Below, piece after piece: positions 35,901-47,751 of a stretch of DNA of 64,000 nt. A program made the position numbers and the translations under genes. This DNA is from Macrostomum hystrix (taxonomy: Eukaryota > Animalia > Platyhelminthes): contig CATNEN010000038.1 in NCBI GenBank assembly GCA_950097015.1, positions 20,708,001 through 20,772,000 on the forward strand. Direction: 5' to 3'. Numbering within the stretch: the stretch's first letter is position 1; every line of letters begins with the position of its first letter. The notes beneath the pieces were generated by a model, which did no database searches, was not told the origin of the DNA, and saw nothing but the letters and a program-made list of their open reading frames with translations.

Positions 35901-36398
35901 TTAGTTTGTAGCCGAAGCCGCAGTCTACAATGCGCTCGCACCGGTAGGAACCTGGCGTGTTGACGCAGCGATAGCCGGGCCTGTTACTGTGCAAATAGTT
36001 GCCGCAAATGTCTCGACGATCCTCCTCCAGGACAGCGGCAGTTTCCGTGAAGCCTCGGCATTCATCTATGTCAGCGCAGGTACCGTCGCTGGAGGCTTTA
36101 AAGCCCTTAGAGCATCCAGACGCGTCACTAGAGTAGCCAGAATCTGCGAATGCTGTCGTGAAATTAGTGCAGCAGAATTATTATCAGTAATGAATTTGAT
36201 TTGCAATCGATCAACTATTTTACCTGTACTAGCCATCTTGCTGCCGCTAGGACTGTGGCTCTCAATGGTGCGAGTCGTGTATTCTGTCGTTTCCAGCGAA
36301 CTGTTGCCGATTACCAGTAAAGCGTCAGTTTTCTGAACTTCAACGAGGCACAGAGCGCCTATCAGCAATAATTGCATGAAAATCAATTTACTGTTCAT
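29970..36398 (-). CDS. Fibulin-like secreted protein (10 cbEGF repeats plus C-terminal fibulin-type module)
   Basis: Signal peptide; exons 36398-36224, 36143-35877, 34004-33642, 33492-33384, 33239-33166, 32569-32426, 32333-32205, 32047-31640, 31402-31249, 30405-29970, all in phase; ten DI(D/N)EC..C..N..G.(Y/F).C modules, mostly phase-1 introns, beta-rich C-terminal domain. Confidence 0.88.
30420..31203. repeat. 26-bp minisatellite in fibulin-like intron 9
   Basis: Unit TGAGTTGGTTGATTGTCAGGTGGGTT. Confidence 0.97.
32640..33070. repeat. 84-bp higher-order repeat built of 16-17-bp subunits
   Basis: Subunit TCCGACAGCCACCCCAC; 28-codon periodicity visible in ORF 32609-33040. Confidence 0.93.
34036..35581. 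repeat. 26-bp minisatellite in fibulin-like intron 2, same family as 30420
   Basis: Same unit TGAGTTGGTTGATTGTCAGGTGGGTT. Confidence 0.97.
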
Positions 36399-37299
36399 TT
36401 CTGGCTTGCGTTATTGTGGCTCTACAAGTCTACTGTGCCCGATGTCTTCTTAGAAACTTGTGCTAAGTCAGCGCAATTTATGACCACGTTGCCAAGGTCA
36501 AGTTTAGATATTTTAAATAAAAATGCCTCTCTTATCTGGCTCTGTTTGTATTTGTTTACATTTGAGAGACAACGCAGGTCAGGTTGTTATAAGTGTCGCA
36601 TTGAAAGTCACTTCATCTTCTGGTCTGTTAGACCAATTAAATCAAAGCTTTGAAACTGGTAAAAGATTATGTGCAGAAAATGTGTTCGCGCGAAAAATGT
36701 AACTTCTAACTGCATTTTTGCAAATGAATACATCAAATCTTAAATTTAGAAAGTGTTCTTGCTGTCAGAGAAATTAAATTAGCTATTGTAGATAAACTTT
36801 GTATTTGTTGTAAATTGACTTATTCAGTATCTTTAACATTCAAGTTTAAATAATCGTTTAAATAATCAATTTCGGAAGATTTTCGATAAAAATATGACTA
36901 CGCATTGTGCTGACAGAGTCTACTAATCTATTTAGACAGAGTTCATTTCGAAATAAAATTCGTATTTTTGATCAACACGCTTGGTGGCAATGCCCGATGC
37001 GGCTTTGTAACTCACGACGTTAACATTGAAACTGCCGCTGAAAGTCAAAATAGTGATCAGGCATTAGAAAATTGGGCTAAGATTATGATAGAAACGTGAA
37101 AAGGTTCATTGGGCAGATTATTGACCACAGGTTAGATCAGCCAAGGACCTCCTACCAAGAGGTTGGTTCGTTGGGTGTGCATTTGGTTGGATGTGGCGCC
37201 CCCCAGTCCATGGACTGAGCCATGACTGTGCACAACAGAATCAAGATTTTTCTATATGGATTTTATAATTCGAGCTCTATATGTCTCAGCGGTGCTAAG

Positions 37300-37800
37300 T
37301 ATAGAATAATACCCCCTGATTTCGTTTCGCCATAGGCAACGATTTCAGGGGGGGTATTATACTCGTAGTATTTAATCCTAAAGCCTGGCCCGGCTCACGA
37401 GATTGCACTACTAAAACTGTTTACAACAACTGCAACCATAGACTACATGTTCAATAGATTATATACTTATTTGGCCGATAGAGTGACCGAGGCTGCATTT
37501 ATTGGCCGAGGCGAAGCCGAGGCCATAGAAATGCAGCCCGAGGTCACTCTTGAGGCCCAAATTAAATGAGCCCATAGTGGTAATACTCTATTTATCCCTC
37601 GCTTGGCTGAGGGCGCCAAAGTCTGTAGTCTATGGTAAAAACTGGCCGGGCCAGATAAATGAATCTTGCTTTCGTATTGGCGGAGCCATTTATTTGGCCG
37701 GGCCAGATAAATGAATCTTGCTTTCCTATTGGCGGAGCCATTTATTTGGCCCGGCCCAAGTGCGGATAAATCGATAGTACGAGTACTAGAATACTGAAGG
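37300..37800. mobile_element. Palindrome-rich non-autonomous element(s), possibly Crypton-like
   Basis: Hairpin ATAATACCCCCTGA..TCAGGGGGGTATTAT (37307-37360); long hairpin centred on CCGAGGCGAAGCCGAGG (37506-37522); inverted pair ACCATAGACTACA / TGTAGTCTATGGT; ~52-bp direct duplication 37644-37750. Confidence 0.5.
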
Positions 37801-37856
37801 ATCAATTGCGATTATTGCAATCGTAAGTCATGAAAGCACAATACCAGTACCACTCA

Positions 37857-38712
37857 CTAATAGCCGCCAGCTCCGCACTGTGTGAAGACGCACAAGTCGA
37901 AGTTGCTCGTCACGTTCACTTTGTTGAGCTCTCTAGCTCTTTCGTCACTGGAGTTGAGACATTTCAGTACTTTTATTGCTAGCACTATTTTCGCTAATAC
38001 TAGACGATTAATTTGCAGGAGGGCTGTGGACGTTGGAAAAGGATAATTTGACACCAGAACCGCAGCCGGCGAGGAGGCAATTCTGCACATTCCGCTGACC
38101 CCTGAGCACGTACACGCACACCGATACTGTACGCAGGCACACACTCACACATGTGTGTACATATGCCCTGACTTTCAGGCACTTTCAGGCAGTGTAAAGT
38201 CTCACTGTGCCTTGGAGGTTGGCCCACAAGGGTGTGAACTGCACTACAAGTCCTCCAGCCTTTTATCCGTGGCTGTGCCCAAAACAAATGTGGCCTCGGC
38301 GCGTTGTCCGCTATGCCACTCACCCAAATGTAACTCCCCGTTGTTTAAGAATGCTCAAATTGCCTAAATCTGACGATATCTGATGGACTTACTCATTCTC
38401 AATATTGATGATTTCGCTGTACTTGGCGCTGCAGTCTTCAATCAGTTCGTGGTAGTTCAGCGTCTTGTTCTTAAATAGGCGCACCATTTCCTCATTGTTA
38501 AATCGACGAGGTGGAAAGACTTTGCCAACACATTCCAGGTAGACCAGGTAGCACTTGCTGAAGCATTCCTCTGTCCAATACTTGGTAACCCCTACCCGAG
38601 AGTGATGCTCCTCGCCCTCTTCGTCCTGAGCTATTGCCGGTGTCGTCACAAAGAATAGTAGAAGCAGCAACATTTGTAGAAAAAGCACGAGCTTTTTTAA
38701 CGACGAAACCAT
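37857..38712 (-). CDS. Small secreted six-cysteine protein of unknown family
   Basis: Signal peptide ending ..TTPAIA-QDEE; exon 38712-38393 (phase 2, GTAAGT) joins exon 37947-37857 giving ..ENDDERARELNKVNVTSNFDLCVFTQCGAGGY*. Confidence 0.7.
38010..38325 (-). mobile_element. Diverged SINE family A copy in intron
   Basis: Body matches family A; head partly deleted. Confidence 0.82.
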
Positions 38713-39506
38713 TTTTCCAACTGATTTCAGGTAGAAAATGTATACTGAAACGGTGGCAGTGAAGAAGAGTGGCTAAGAGGTCGTTTTGACAAAGCGAGTC
38801 GGCTCCTCTTCGTTTGCTACTCAAAAAGCAGCCTGCAATGCGCTTTCTCCTTATCTTGTTGAGCAAATGATTGACCCTAGAAATCTAGTCCGCAGAGCTT
38901 GTGAGCAGTGGTAAATTGTTTGTACAAGTTTTCTCTCTTTAATTCAATGTACTTGTCTCACATTGAGATAACCAATGGTCCTAACTTACCATTTGGTTGG
39001 GTCCACAAATACAGACCACATTACTAAAATATGCTATTATATTCTACTCGTAGAAGTTTTGCAAAACTGCAAACTTTCGCTTTTCTCGCCGTTGTCACTT
39101 GCTCGCTATTGTTGCGGAATAAATTCTATTGGAAGGTGTTGTCACGTGGAAAAATGGGAATAGTTTTTTCTTTAAAATAGTACGCGCAGTTTTAGATTTT
39201 AGCATGTTTAAAGCTAAAACCAATGACAAGAATAGTCTGAATGTATTTAGCTACACTAGACAGCTTGTGAAAAGGATCAGTTTAATTGCCCCTGGAGGCT
39301 TCATTAGTATGACATTCGGTCCGTAAAACCGGAATTGTGACTTTAAAGATAAGAACTGCCGTTGAACCGCTTACAAGCGATGAGTAACGATAATGAAACG
39401 CCTCTCTCAATTTAAATAGTAGAAGATAAGAATTCAAAACAATGTTCAAAAGCGACGCGACCAGTTTTTAGGAACTAGATTTCGTAAGTTATTCACTGGG
39501 CTCGCA

Positions 39507-42500
39507 ATGGCTGAGGCGGACGCATTGTTTGAAGCAGCCCTGGAAAGCTGCACAATGTCTGCAGCCGGAGGCGGCAAGATTCGGTCCTACACCGCTAATA
39601 TCCTTGACGCAGAAATGACTGCGTCCACCATTTCCGGCAGCGCTTCGAACCTCGCGTCGAACCCTGAGGGCGTCGCTAGCTCTGCTCCAGCAAGCAATCT
39701 GCCAGATTCTATCGCCAATGCCGACTCTCCCGCTGACTCTGCTGCCAACAATGCGTTGACAGTCGACGAAGCAGCCACAGAGGAGCTGTTCGATCCTAAT
39801 TGTGATCCGAGTGCGCCGCAGACCATCAGATTTCAGGACGTGAGCGCGGCCGCTTACAAGATTCGCAAGGGCATCATCAGGACGCCTTGCGATGTAAGTT
39901 CAGCCTGCTTATAGACGCAGAAATTGTCAAACACATCACAATTGCATCTGCATCCACATGAATCCATTTAAAACAAATGAGGCTAAAAGTGGGGATAGAA
40001 CCATGCGGGCAGCCATTGCCAGTGAGTCTTCACCTCTTGGCGACATTTTCTAGCCTGCCATGTTAGAAATTCGGGCAATATTTAAAAAGCTCTACTATGA
40101 GTAAGCAAAGTCGTAACAAAAGCGACAAAATCATTCCAACCCATCACAGAAGTCTCACATGTCCCGCCTAACGAACATGGACATCTATCTGAAGAAGGAC
40201 TTTCTACAGTACACTGGCAGCTTCAAAGAGCGGGGCGCCCGGTACACACTGCAGTGCTTATCGAAGGTCTGTATTACTCTGGATTGACATTGCAACTTCC
40301 GCTACTTTATGTCCGTTAGATTTGGACGTTGGAAGTTTGTGTATTTGTATGCGTGCGTGTGCTCAGGGGTATTATATAGCGAAATGGATATAAAAGTTGC
40401 TATTCAGTCAATATTGCGTTGGGTTTTTAGCTGTAGGACTACCAAACCATTTTGCCGCCTGCTTTTATACCTAGAGGCCACCTGAAAAAAATTTTGGCAG
40501 CGCCTGAATGCTAACAGCGTTGAGTGGTGACTGATTGGTTTACAGACTAGGCGATGGTGTACTGAGGTTGAGCTGCGTCTAATATTTTGGCTTGAGCAGT
40601 GAAATTGGAGAAATTCGCGTCAGGGTGTCCATAGTTGCCTTATTTCCACCTGTTGTATCCATTGAAGGTCCAGCAAATCCGTCTAGATAAAGGTAGGTGA
40701 CCACCGAAGACGGAGATGATGCAGGCACATTCGGGTGACATGCTGATAAATTGTGAAGGCCTGGCAAGGCCGCACTGAGGCGCAGTGCTAATATGTGTAT
40801 AGGGGTGTTTGAAATACACTGGCTCCTATGGTAAAAATCAGACCTTCGGCCAGAAACATTGAACATCTCGACGGTCTGAAGAGCTGGCGACTTGATTCTT
40901 TTTTCAGAAGATGCGCAACAAAAAGTTGGTCCGTGTTCTTGAGTTTCGTGTGCTTGCATTGTTCCGTTCAGTTATGCTTGCTTTCAATTATGAAAGCAAC
41001 TATCAGATTGCCTGTATGGTTTTTTTCTACGAAAAATGGACGGCTCGTTTGAGAGGCCAGAATTGTTAGATATAATCGAAACAGTTATCTTTAAATTTAA
41101 GTACGTGTTGTAACTACAAAAAAGCTTGTTTGTGTCTCTATGATCTTTATGACTACCAAGGGGTCGGTAGCAGAGCGGGTAACACGGGTAATCTCCCTAA
41201 GTTCCATTCTGCGAAGAGGCCACATTTAGGCGGGGCGCACCCGCTGAGAGAAGGCTTGGTGGCTTGTCGTGCAATTTCCGCCCTTGAGGGCCAACCTAAG
41301 AGGCACAGTCAGAGTGTACACTGACTGACCATGAGAAAGTCAGGGCAGATGTACACACCTGTGTGTGCGTGTGTGCTCAGGAGTCAGCGAAATGGGTAGA
41401 ATTGTCTCCTCGCTGACTGCGGGTCTAGCGTCACCAAATGATGTTGCATTGCCCGCAGCCATCCAGAGGTTCTATTCTTTGGCGGAGGGGGTGGGTAACG
41501 CTGCTTAGAGCTGATTGGTGCAAGGTTCAGTCGGGAAGAAAGGAGAACAGGAGAGAGCAGAATGACCAGCCAATCGAGCTCAGAGTCTAAGTACATAGAC
41601 TAAGTACATAAGTGCACTCAGTACATGTAACTATATTATCCATTTCTCCGTCTAGGAACAGCGCAAGATGGGCGTTGTCGCCGCATCCGCTGGCAATCAC
41701 GCGCTAGCGTTGGCCTACCACGGCCAGGAGCTCGGAGTCCCTGTTGTGGTTGTCATGCCAACGATGGCGCCACTGATGAAGATCAACGCCTGCATGCAGT
41801 ACGGCGCGCGGGTGATCGTAATGGGCAACGATTTTGGCGAATCGAAGATTGTCGCCATGAGGATAGCCAAGTCTGAGGGTCTGCTCTATGTGAACGGGTG
41901 TGTTTGCAGTATTTGTACTCTTCCTGAACATATTTAATCCCCTCTGCATCTGAATCCATTATTTATCCTTCAGCTACGATCATCCACACATTCTGGCCGG
42001 CCAGGGCACCATCGGCCTGGAGATTGTCGAGCAGATGAGTCAGCAGGTTGATGCCGTTGTTGTACCCGTCGGCGGTGGCGGTCTGATCGCCGGAATCGCT
42101 GTAGCCATCAAGACTATGTCGCCTAATACACTGATTATTGTGAGCTTAGCAAGTAGGGCATCCTATTGGCTGAGCAGACAACACATTTGGGTCTACGCGA
42201 AAATTCGCCCAACGCATCATAGTTTCTAACATTTATTTCTGTCTAACACATAATCCTGTCTAATATTTAATTCTGCCTAAAAAGTAATTCAGTCCAAGAG
42301 GTAACAATGACTAACAGGTAATCTTGTCTTACAGGTAGTTCTGTCTACTATGTAATCCTGTCCAACAGGTAATCCTGTCTAACAGGTGATCCTGTCTATC
42401 AGGTAATCCTGTCTAACAGGTAATCTTGTCTAACCGGCAATCTTGTCTAAAAGGTAATCCTGTCTCACAGGTTATCCTGTCTAACCGGTAATCTTGTCTA

Positions 42501-43980
42501 ACAGGTAATCCTGCCCAACAGGTAGGATCCTGTCTAACAGGTAATCCTGTCTAACAGGTAATCCTGTCCAACATGTAATCCTGTCTAACAGGTAATCCTG
42601 TCCAACAGGTGATCCTGTCTAACAGGTAATCCTGTCTAACAGGTAATCCTGTCTAACAGGTAATCCTGTCCAACAGGTAATCCTGTCTAACAGGTAATCC
42701 TGTCCAACAGGTAATCCTGTCTAACAGGTAATCCTGTCCAACAGGTAATCCTGTCTAACAGTTAATCCAAAACTACGTCAAGCTGATTGGTTCTGTTCTA
42801 AAGGAAATTCTCTCCTTCAAACTAATTTCTAGGGCGCAGAGTCCGAGCGCTGTCCGAGCTTCTCGGAGGCGCTGAAAGCCGGTCAACCGGTGTCAGCAGG
42901 TGTGAAATCCTCTCTGGCTGACGGCCTCTCCGTTCCCAAAGTGGGAAGCAACGCTTTCTATTCCTGCCGGGATCTAATAGACCGCATGGTCACCGTATCC
43001 GAGGAGTACATCGCGCTGGCGATCCTGCGACTTATTGAGCTCGAGAAGATGGTTGTTGAAGGCGCCGGTGCGGTTGGTCTCGCCGCCATTCTTCAGGGTC
43101 TGCTGCTCGAACTGCAGGGCAAAACGTAAGGGCGAACTGGCCCATTTAAAATCAAAATTTGTTTACTATGCTGCCTCATTCCGCTGACCCCTGAGAAGTC
43201 ACAAGCACGCATGCGTACCGTCTAACAGCGCATACTCAAGGACGCGATTGTAACCTCTAAAATTCGCACAAAACATTTTAGCGTTGTGGTGATCCTCTGC
43301 GGCGGCAACATTGACACAACGGTTCTGGGCCGGGTGATCGAACGCGGCCTGGCAGTTGACGGCCGTCTGATTCACTTCGTGACCACGGTGTCAGATCGTC
43401 CCGGTGGCATCGCCGAGCTGAGCGCCACTCTGGCCGGTATGGGCGTCTCCATCAAGGACATATTTCATGAGCGCGCCTGGCTGAAGTCTGACATCTTCAA
43501 GGTCAAAGTCAGGTGAGCATCAAGGGCATTAAGTCGAGTCCACATCACTTGATCTTGAGATGGAGTGAGGTGGTTGGTCTTATGGTCGCACCAGGGACAC
43601 TTGAACTTGAGATGGAGTGAGGTGGTTGGTCTTATGGGCGCACCAGGGACACTTGACCTTGAAATGGAGTGAGGTGGTAGCTTTTGGGGACGCAGCACCA
43701 ACACTTGACCTTGAGATGGAGTGAGGTGGTGGGTCTTGAGAAAGCTGCAGTGACACCTGACCTTGAGATGGAGTGAGGTGGTCGTTCTTAGGAACGCAGC
43801 AGATCTGATTGGTTTGGTTGATGTGATTGCGCATTTACATGATCAAAAGAAAAAGTCGATGCTTTGCTTTGCTTTCAAACTTTGCTTTCAAGGTGTGTTT
43901 GTGAAGTTCGCGACAAAGAGCACGGCGAGGAGCTTCTGGCGAAGCTGCGCGAGAAGTACGGTCACGTGACGGTCGATTGA
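39507..43980 (+). CDS. L-threonine dehydratase / threonine ammonia-lyase (PLP fold II) with C-terminal ACT domain
   Basis: Exons 39507-39893, 40150-40266, 41656-41897, 41974-42139, 42833-43125, 43282-43512, 43893-43980. Motifs [12 protein letters not shown] (PLP Lys), [39 protein letters not shown]. Confidence 0.94.
40432..40968 (-). mobile_element. Unclassified interspersed repeat, copy 2
   Basis: Reverse-complement match to 28640-29150; lies in dehydratase intron 2. Confidence 0.8.
41160..41462 (+). mobile_element. SINE family A copy
   Basis: GGGGTCGGTAGCAGAGCGG head to TTGCCCGCAGCC. Confidence 0.85.
42240..42768. repeat. 17-bp minisatellite in dehydratase intron 4
   Basis: Unit GGTAATCCTGTCTAACA. 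Confidence 0.95.
43545..43790. repeat. ~52-bp tandem repeat, 4-5 copies
   Basis: Recurrent CACTTGACCTTGAGATGGAGTGAGGTGGT. Confidence 0.9.
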
Positions 43981-44389
43981 AGCACTGCAGAACAAAATAC
44001 GAACTTTAACTGACTTAGTCTAACAAAACATTTATTAGCGCACTTAAAGCTAGATATAAACAATAAATAAATAAAATCCGAAAGGTATCCGTTTCTAATG
44101 CACCACCATTTGGTGACAGTCGGCCCGAAGACAAGTATGCTCTTTCCGCTGAATCCTGAGCACGTACTCACACTTGTGTGCTCAGGTACGAGTACATCTG
44201 TCGCGAATTTTTCATTGTCACGCAAATCGAAATCGTTAATTTACTTTAATTTACACAGAAACAATCAAAGTAAACTTGGCTCACATAGCCACGTAAAATG
44301 TGTATTTACTTATTGCAAGTGGTGTAGTATTTGCATTACTCAAAAAGCCAAACCAATCAATAAAATAGATATCGATAAAATTCGATCGA

Positions 44390-44758
44390 TCAGTTTTGAA
44401 TTTGCGACAAGAGCGAGCTGCCAATCCAGCGGAACAGATCTAGCCCCAGTGCAATGATCCAGGGCACCGATGACATCAGCATTGTCAGGAAGATGGAGAA
44501 CAGAACCATGACAAAGTCGTGAGTAGATTTCACGCTCACGTTTCTCGCATACAGGTCAGCCACTCCGATTTCTGACTGCTCATCTGCTGCTCTAGCGGCC
44601 TGGAGAGCTAAAGATTAAAGAATAATTATCATTTGGAGCTTAACAACCAAATTTGACCTTTGATTAGCACAGATTTTAGGAAATAAAATAGACAATATCC
44701 GAATTTACTCACAGCTGCCCAGGAGAAGCAAAACAGCCAAGCAAAATTTGTCCAGCAT
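44390..44758 (-). CDS. 87-aa signal peptide plus transmembrane microprotein
   Basis: Exons 44758-44713 (GTGAGT donor, phase 1) and 44607-44390 (TTTAG acceptor): MLDKFCLAVLLLLGSSLQAARAADEQSEIGVADLYARNVSVKSTHDFVMVLFSIFLTMLMSSVPWIIALGLDLFRWIGSSLLSQIQN*. Confidence 0.72.
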
Positions 44759-45269
44759 TTTTTCTATGCTATGTTCACTGCAAATATAATTCAACTATAA
44801 GATTTGCTTTCAAACTGAAAGTAATTTTGAGGCTAAAGTGAACCTTTGAGCAGAGTTTAATATGACAGTTTATCTGCTCAGTTATAAAGGCTAGAATGGA
44901 CTCAATTGATAATGACGTGTGCAGCATTCGCATGCCAGCTATTGGCTTCGGGTTGAGCTAAAAGCTAAAAAAGCAGAAGGACGATCTAAGACAAGACTGC
45001 ATAGATACCGCAGTTTGTACCAGGCTCTCGCGTCTTTTTCATTTCAAGGCCCATTGCTACTAATAAGCGTGCAGGGTGCATGGCTCAATGCATTATAGCG
45101 AGTGAGTGCAAGGCCACGACTCAAACAGACACTATACAAAGAGATGGAGCTCATCTATTACCTAGGGCTTGATTGTGCGTGCGCGTGTACTCAAAATGGG
45201 CCATCTGAGTTAAAACTTTCTACAAAAACGCATTGCAAAAAGCACCGTCGAACCATTCGGCTAAAGTCG

Positions 45270-45460
45270 ACACACAGCCAGCGAGCAGGCGATTCTGCCC
45301 ATTCTGTTGGCTCCCAAAGTATAACGATCGACTTTTCCCCAAATCCATGCCGGTGGATACGTACTCAGGCACACACTCATTGCTGGTTTGTACATCTGTC
45401 CTGACTTTCTCATTGTCAAGCGTTGAACACTCTCACTATGCCCTGGAGATTGGCCCTCAA
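45270..45460 (-). mobile_element. 3' half of an old SINE family A copy (split)
   Basis: Matches family A up to ..GATTGGCCCTCAA; the continuation AAGGGTGTAAATTG.. is at 54936. Confidence 0.75.
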
Positions 45461-45496
45461 CAGTAGAACTATTCCAAGGGGTGTTTCAAATACCCA

Positions 45497-47419
45497 AATT
45501 TTTTCTGTAAACCATGAAAATCCCGAACGCGGCCAAGAATTTTTCTGTAAACCATGAAAATCCCGAACGCGGCCAAGAATTTTTCTGTAAACCATGAAAA
45601 TCCCGAACGCGGCCAAGAATTTTTCTGTAAACCATGAAAATCCCGAACGCGGCCAAGAATTTTTCTGTAAACCATGAAAATCCCGAACGCGGGCTAGAAT
45701 TTTTCTGTAAACCATGAAAATCCCGAACGCGGCCAAGAATTTTTCTGTAAACCATGAAAATCCCGAACGCGGGCTAGAATTTTTCTGTAAACCATGAAAA
45801 TCCCGAACGCGGGCTAGAATTTTTCTGTAAACCATGAAAATCCCGAACGCGGCCAAGAATTTTTCTGTAAACCATGAAAATCCCGAACGCGGGCTAGAAT
45901 TTTTCTGTAAACCATGAAAATCCCGAACACGGCCAAGAATTTTTCTGTAAACCATGAAAATCCCGAACACGGCCAAGAATTTTTCTGTAAACCATGAAAA
46001 TCCCGAACACGGCCAAGAATTTTTCTGTAAACCATGAAAATCCCGAACACGGCCAAGAATTTTTCTGTAAACCATGAAAATCCCGAACACGGCCAAGAAT
46101 TTTTCTGTAAACCATGAAATTCCCGATCGCGGGCTAGAATTTTTCTGTAAACCATGAAAATCCCGAACGCGGCCAAGAATTTTTCTGTAAACCATGAAAA
46201 TCCCGAACACGGCCAAGAATTTTTCTGTAAACCATGAAAATCCCGAACGCGGGCTAGAATTTTTCTGTAAACCATGAAAATCCCGAACGCGGCCAAGAAT
46301 TTTTCTGTAAACCATGAAAATCCCGAACGCGGGCTAGAATTTTTCTGTAAACCATGAAAATCCCGAACGCGGCCAAGAATTTTTCTGTAAACCATGAAAA
46401 TCCCGAACGCGGGCTAGAATTTTTCTGTAAACCATGAAAATCCCGAACGCGGCCAAGAATTTTTCTGTAAACCATGAAAATCCCGAACGCGGGCTAGAAT
46501 TTTTCTGTAAACCATGAAAATCCCGAACGCGGCCTAGAATTTTTCTGTAAACCATGAAAATCCCGAACGCGGCCAAGAATTTTTCTGTAAACCATGAAAA
46601 TCCCGAACGCGGGCTAGAATTTTTCTGTAAACCATGAAAATCCCGAACGCGGGCTAGAATTTTTCTGTAAACCATGAAAATCCCGAACGCGGGCTAGAAT
46701 TTTTCTGTAAACCATGAAAATCCCGAACGCGGGCTAGAATTTTTCTGTAAACCATGAAAATCCCGAACGCGGGCTAGAATTTTTCTGTAAACCATGAAAA
46801 TCCCGAACGCGGGCTAGAATTTTTCTGTAAACCATGAAAATCCCGAACACGGCCAAGAATTTTTCTGTAAACCATGAAAATCCCGAACGCGGGCTAGAAT
46901 AGTATATTATTACCCAGGCTTTCAGGGCGATAATGGGAAAGCCAGAGGGCGCCGAAGGCGCCCGAGGGATTTCTCATTATCGCCCGCAAAGCCTGGGTAA
47001 TACTGTGATTGTACCATAGACTATGTGGCTTATAGTATGTGGCTATACGTTAAAATACACAAAAATAATCCATTATCGGCCCAACTTTTCGGGCCAAAAT
47101 GACATCGTCTATGGCAATAATCGAATATCAGCCCGCCCGATAGCCACGTAGTCATGGTACAATTTTTCTGTAAACCATGAAAATCCCGAACGCGGGCTAG
47201 AATTTTTCTGTAAACCATGAAAATCCCGAACACGGCCAAGAATTTTTCTGTAAACCATGAAAATCCCGAACACGGCCAAGAATTTTTCTGTAAACCATGA
47301 AAATCCCGAACGCGGGCTAGAATTTTTCTGTAAACCATGAAAATCCCGAACGCGGGCTAGAATTTTTCTGTAAACCATGAAAATCCCGAACGCGGGCTAG
47401 AATTTTTCTGTAAACCATG
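45497..47419. repeat. 40-bp satellite, left part (interrupted at 46901-47160)
   Basis: Unit AATTTTTCTGTAAACCATGAAAATCCCGAACGCGG(CCAAG/GCTAG). Confidence 0.97.
46901..47160. mobile_element. 260-bp double-hairpin element inserted in the satellite, possibly Crypton-like non-autonomous
   Basis: ~95-bp palindrome TATTACCCAGGCTTT..GGGCGCCGAAGGCGCCC..AAAGCCTGGGTAATA, then inverted pair ATTGTACCATAGACTATGTGGCT / AGCCACGTAGTCATGGTACAAT; AAT on both flanks. Confidence 0.65.
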
Positions 47420-47751
47420 TGTCGCTTGGGACAAAACTTCTTTGCTTGTATTTGACTTGTATATTGAAAGTATTTGGTTCGAAGCTCTTGTGGGCTTAGT
47501 GCGCACTAGAAGCAACTAAAGGGGAACTGTACCGAGAAAGGAATTAGAAACATAGACAACGATTGAGTAACAAGGGGCGGGCAGGATGCGTAGTCTATGG
47601 GCTAAAAGGACGATAGAAAGCGAAACAATTAAAGTGCAGTGAAACGTACTGATTAACTAGTTGGTGAGCAAGAGAGAAAAGAGGAGAGTCGAAGGAAACG
47701 ACGAGAAGGAGTTCTGGAGGAAGCATTTCCGACAGGGTGGGGGGGGCGAAG

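Noticed and set aside
36066-36143. Apparent stop or frameshift after the fibulin signal-peptide ORF
   Set aside because: Resolved by an 80-bp phase-1 intron (36223-36144).
39507-43980. Threonine dehydratase as a bacterial horizontal transfer
   Set aside because: Six spliceosomal introns, and ACT-containing dehydratases of this type are known from other invertebrates.
45474-45492. AGGGGTGTTTCAAA identical to the start of the mariner TIR
   Set aside because: Only 14 bp, no TA flank or partner TIR; insufficient to call a mariner derivative.
45497-47419. CRISPR-like regular repeats
   Set aside because: Head-to-tail units with no unique spacers, no cas genes, eukaryotic context.
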